Shown here: piece after piece, positions 35,888 to 37,616 of the stretch | Numbering within the stretch: the stretch's first letter is position 1 | Layout of the letters: each line of letters opens with the position of its first letter | Assembly (NCBI GenBank): GCA_016839605.1 | Contig: JAEOTX010000106.1 | Coordinates: 1-37,616 of the forward strand | Length of the DNA: 37,616 nt | Reading direction: 5' to 3' | Source: Candidatus Thorarchaeota archaeon | Lineage (GTDB): Archaea; Asgardarchaeota; Thorarchaeia; Thorarchaeales; Thorarchaeaceae | The notes under the pieces: generated by a model | Told to the model about the DNA's origin: nothing | Databases searched by the model: none | The model's input: only the letters and a program-made list of their open reading frames with translations | Program-made: the position numbers and the translations under genes

Positions 35888-37204
35888 CTAAATAACAACG
35901 CTTTCGACTTCGACCTTTCGTTCCTTCTGACTCAAAGTCTGTGCTGGTATCTTCTTTTCCCCAAATAGCTCTGCCTCATCTTCTCCGCGGTAGAGAGCAT
36001 CAGCAATCCTAGCCATTGCATCAGCCTTCATAATGCCTGACCCACTTGCCCCAGTTAGAACTAGTACTCCACAGTCATAGTAAACGAATGGTATTGCATC
36101 TGGACTATAGCTGTATCCGCCTGCCCAGCTGCCAACTGGCCTAGCACCCTCAAATCCGGGGAAGTATTTCGATAGAACTGGATAGACACTGTTTTCGTAG
36201 TAGGCACTCTCAGGGTTGTCGTATTCTGGAGGTTGAATGTAATCGTATCTCCTTCCAACCTTGTCCCCACATCCTATCCAAAAGCCACGCTCTTGAACTT
36301 GGGGTCTAAAGTATACACCTGCTGAAGGTAGAATCGTGAACGGGATAGTGTTCATGTCACTGAATCCCTTTGTGTCCAAGAGTTCCTCCATGCCTGGCTT
36401 ACCTTCTGCATGAAGGACATAGATGTGTCTCTTCTTAGCTTTAGTCCTGCTGTCCATTCCTATTGGATCAAGCAATTCATTCGTCCACGCACCAGTGGCT
36501 AGGACTACTACATCAGCTCTGATTATGCCGTCCTTTGTCTTTACACCTGTCACTCTCTTTTTCTGCCATACGTAAGGTTCTCCAGGAAGATCTAGTTTGG
36601 GGTCTGCTTCAAGGAGTAGGCTCTCCACGTTAACATTGAATCTTGGTTTTATGTCACAAATCTTCTTGAACTCCTCGAAGTACCACTCAACGAGGCGTGT
36701 GGGATCAAGCACACCACAATCTCCGCCAAATAAGCCGTAGTCTGCTTCTTGAAGATTCATCAGCTCTGCTTCTTCATCGTCCGAGAAGTCTACATTGAGT
36801 CCAGGAATCATCTCTTTGAGTTGTTTCTTGTCATAGACCTCGTGATGGATACCGGACTTCTTCATCCGCTTCATCCAGTTCTGAACACTCTCATGCTTGA
36901 ACTGGGTTTCACTGAGAAGCCAGAGATAGCCCGTCTTCTCGAAAAGCAATTCATACCCAATATCATTCTGGACATGTTCGAAGTATTTGATAGACGTGTC
37001 AGTCAGCATCTGATTTGTAGATGACGCAAACATGTTTCTGACAGCTGCTGCACTCATCGCGGTGTTCGCCTGACCTGCCATAGCCATTCTATCCAGAAGC
37101 AGGATCTTCTTCTCTGGACTATTCTTTTGGAGATAATATGCTGCAGCTACTCCAATGACGCCCGCGCCTACTATGATGATGTCAAATGATTCCTCGGCTG
37201 ACAC
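35888..37204 (-). CDS. FAD-dependent oxidoreductase, DAO/sarcosine oxidase beta-like family
   Basis: GAGVIG Rossmann motif, LATGAWT, SPDAIP and GASGSGIM motifs. Confidence 0.88.
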   Translation of the reverse strand: MSAEESFDIIIVGAGVIGVAAAYYLQKNSPEKKILLLDRMAMAGQANTAMSAAAVRNMFASSTNQMLTDTSIKYFEHVQNDIGYELLFEKTGYLWLLSETQFKHESVQNWMKRMKKSGIHHEVYDKKQLKEMIPGLNVDFSDDEEAELMNLQEADYGLFGGDCGVLDPTRLVEWYFEEFKKICDIKPRFNVNVESLLLEADPKLDLPGEPYVWQKKRVTGVKTKDGIIRADVVVLATGAWTNELLDPIGMDSRTKAKKRHIYVLHAEGKPGMEELLDTKGFSDMNTIPFTILPSAGVYFRPQVQERGFWIGCGDKVGRRYDYIQPPEYDNPESAYYENSVYPVLSKYFPGFEGARPVGSWAGGYSYSPDAIPFVYYDCGVLVLTGASGSGIMKADAMARIADALYRGEDEAELFGEKKIPAQTLSQKERKVEVESVVI

Positions 37205-37267
37205 TTCAGCTTCCTCCGGGTCACGGCCGCGGTGGATGTATGCGCCCCTAAAACATTTTGCCCTCTG

Positions 37268-37615
37268 TCATTTGGGCAAGTTCAGAATTACCGCCTTGAT
37301 TGCATCAGCGATTGCACCCAGTGGCATCGTTGGCAGATTAGGATTTTCTTTTTCTATCGCTTGCGCAGGTAGGGGTGGTACATGAATGAAGGTTGCCAAG
37401 AGATTCAATCTATTGGTATTGATCCACTCCATAACCTTGTAGATGATCCAGTTGCATCCAAAGATACCTGCATGGTAGCTGACAAATGCTGGGATATTTT
37501 CTTTCTCAATCGCCTCAACCAAGTGATGTGGATTGATGTTGGTGAAAAATGCTGGAGGACCTTGTTCTGAAATCACATCGGTGTCAGGGATGTTTTCATA
37601 GTTGTCAGGTTTCTT
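37268..37615 (-). CDS. pcp: Pyroglutamyl-peptidase I, 5'-truncated by window edge
   Basis: Frame is open to the edge (KPDNYENIPDTDVISEQGPPAFF); catalytic Cys in AGIFGCN and His in FIHVP. Confidence 0.85.
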   Translation of the reverse strand, partial: KKPDNYENIPDTDVISEQGPPAFFTNINPHHLVEAIEKENIPAFVSYHAGIFGCNWIIYKVMEWINTNRLNLLATFIHVPPLPAQAIEKENPNLPTMPLGAIADAIKAVILNLPK

Positions 37616-37616
37616 A

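Noticed and set aside
1-37616. tRNA, rRNA, IS elements, integrase or provirus
   Set aside because: No cloverleaf/T-loop consensus in intergenic gaps, and no transposase, recombinase or viral structural motifs or terminal repeats were seen

Overview
Compact, gene-dense archaeal chromosome segment, most likely from an Asgard archaeon (Thorarchaeota-like). This is an inference from two tandem Rab-like small GTPases without prenylation tails, an archaeal LipS2/split lipoate-ligase module, TATA-type promoters and GGAG/GGTGA ribosome-binding sites. No rRNA, tRNA, CRISPR array, transposase or integrase is recognisable. Ordinary content: lipS2-lplA-lplB, an FAH-family pentonate dehydratase, an M50-like membrane metalloprotease, an ATP-grasp enzyme, pstSCAB-phoU divergent from a Na+/Pi cotransporter, OsmC, an orphan amino-methyltransferase, a secreted Ig/FN3 protein, GNAT, ATP-type PfkA, DinB, CorA, an FAD oxidoreductase and pyroglutamyl peptidase. 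Two loci stand out. (1) A five-gene, fully overlapping minus-strand operon (34676->27318): 91-aa protein, Rad50/SbcC-like zinc-hook SMC ATPase with no Mre11/SbcD nuclease and a degenerate signature motif, 198-aa unknown protein, MoxR AAA+ ATPase with an atypical Walker B, and a 990-aa vWA protein with a K10 tract. It is headed by a perfect 16-bp palindrome. (2) A module at 660-1930 with three copies of a 17-bp palindrome plus an ATATAT element repeated every ~180 bp, lying between a ribbon-helix-helix regulator and a small secreted-peptide gene with structured UTRs. Also noted: two probable CTG starts, a probable -1 frameshift and an N-terminal PIP-box zinc-finger protein. All family calls come from motif recognition only; no searches were run.
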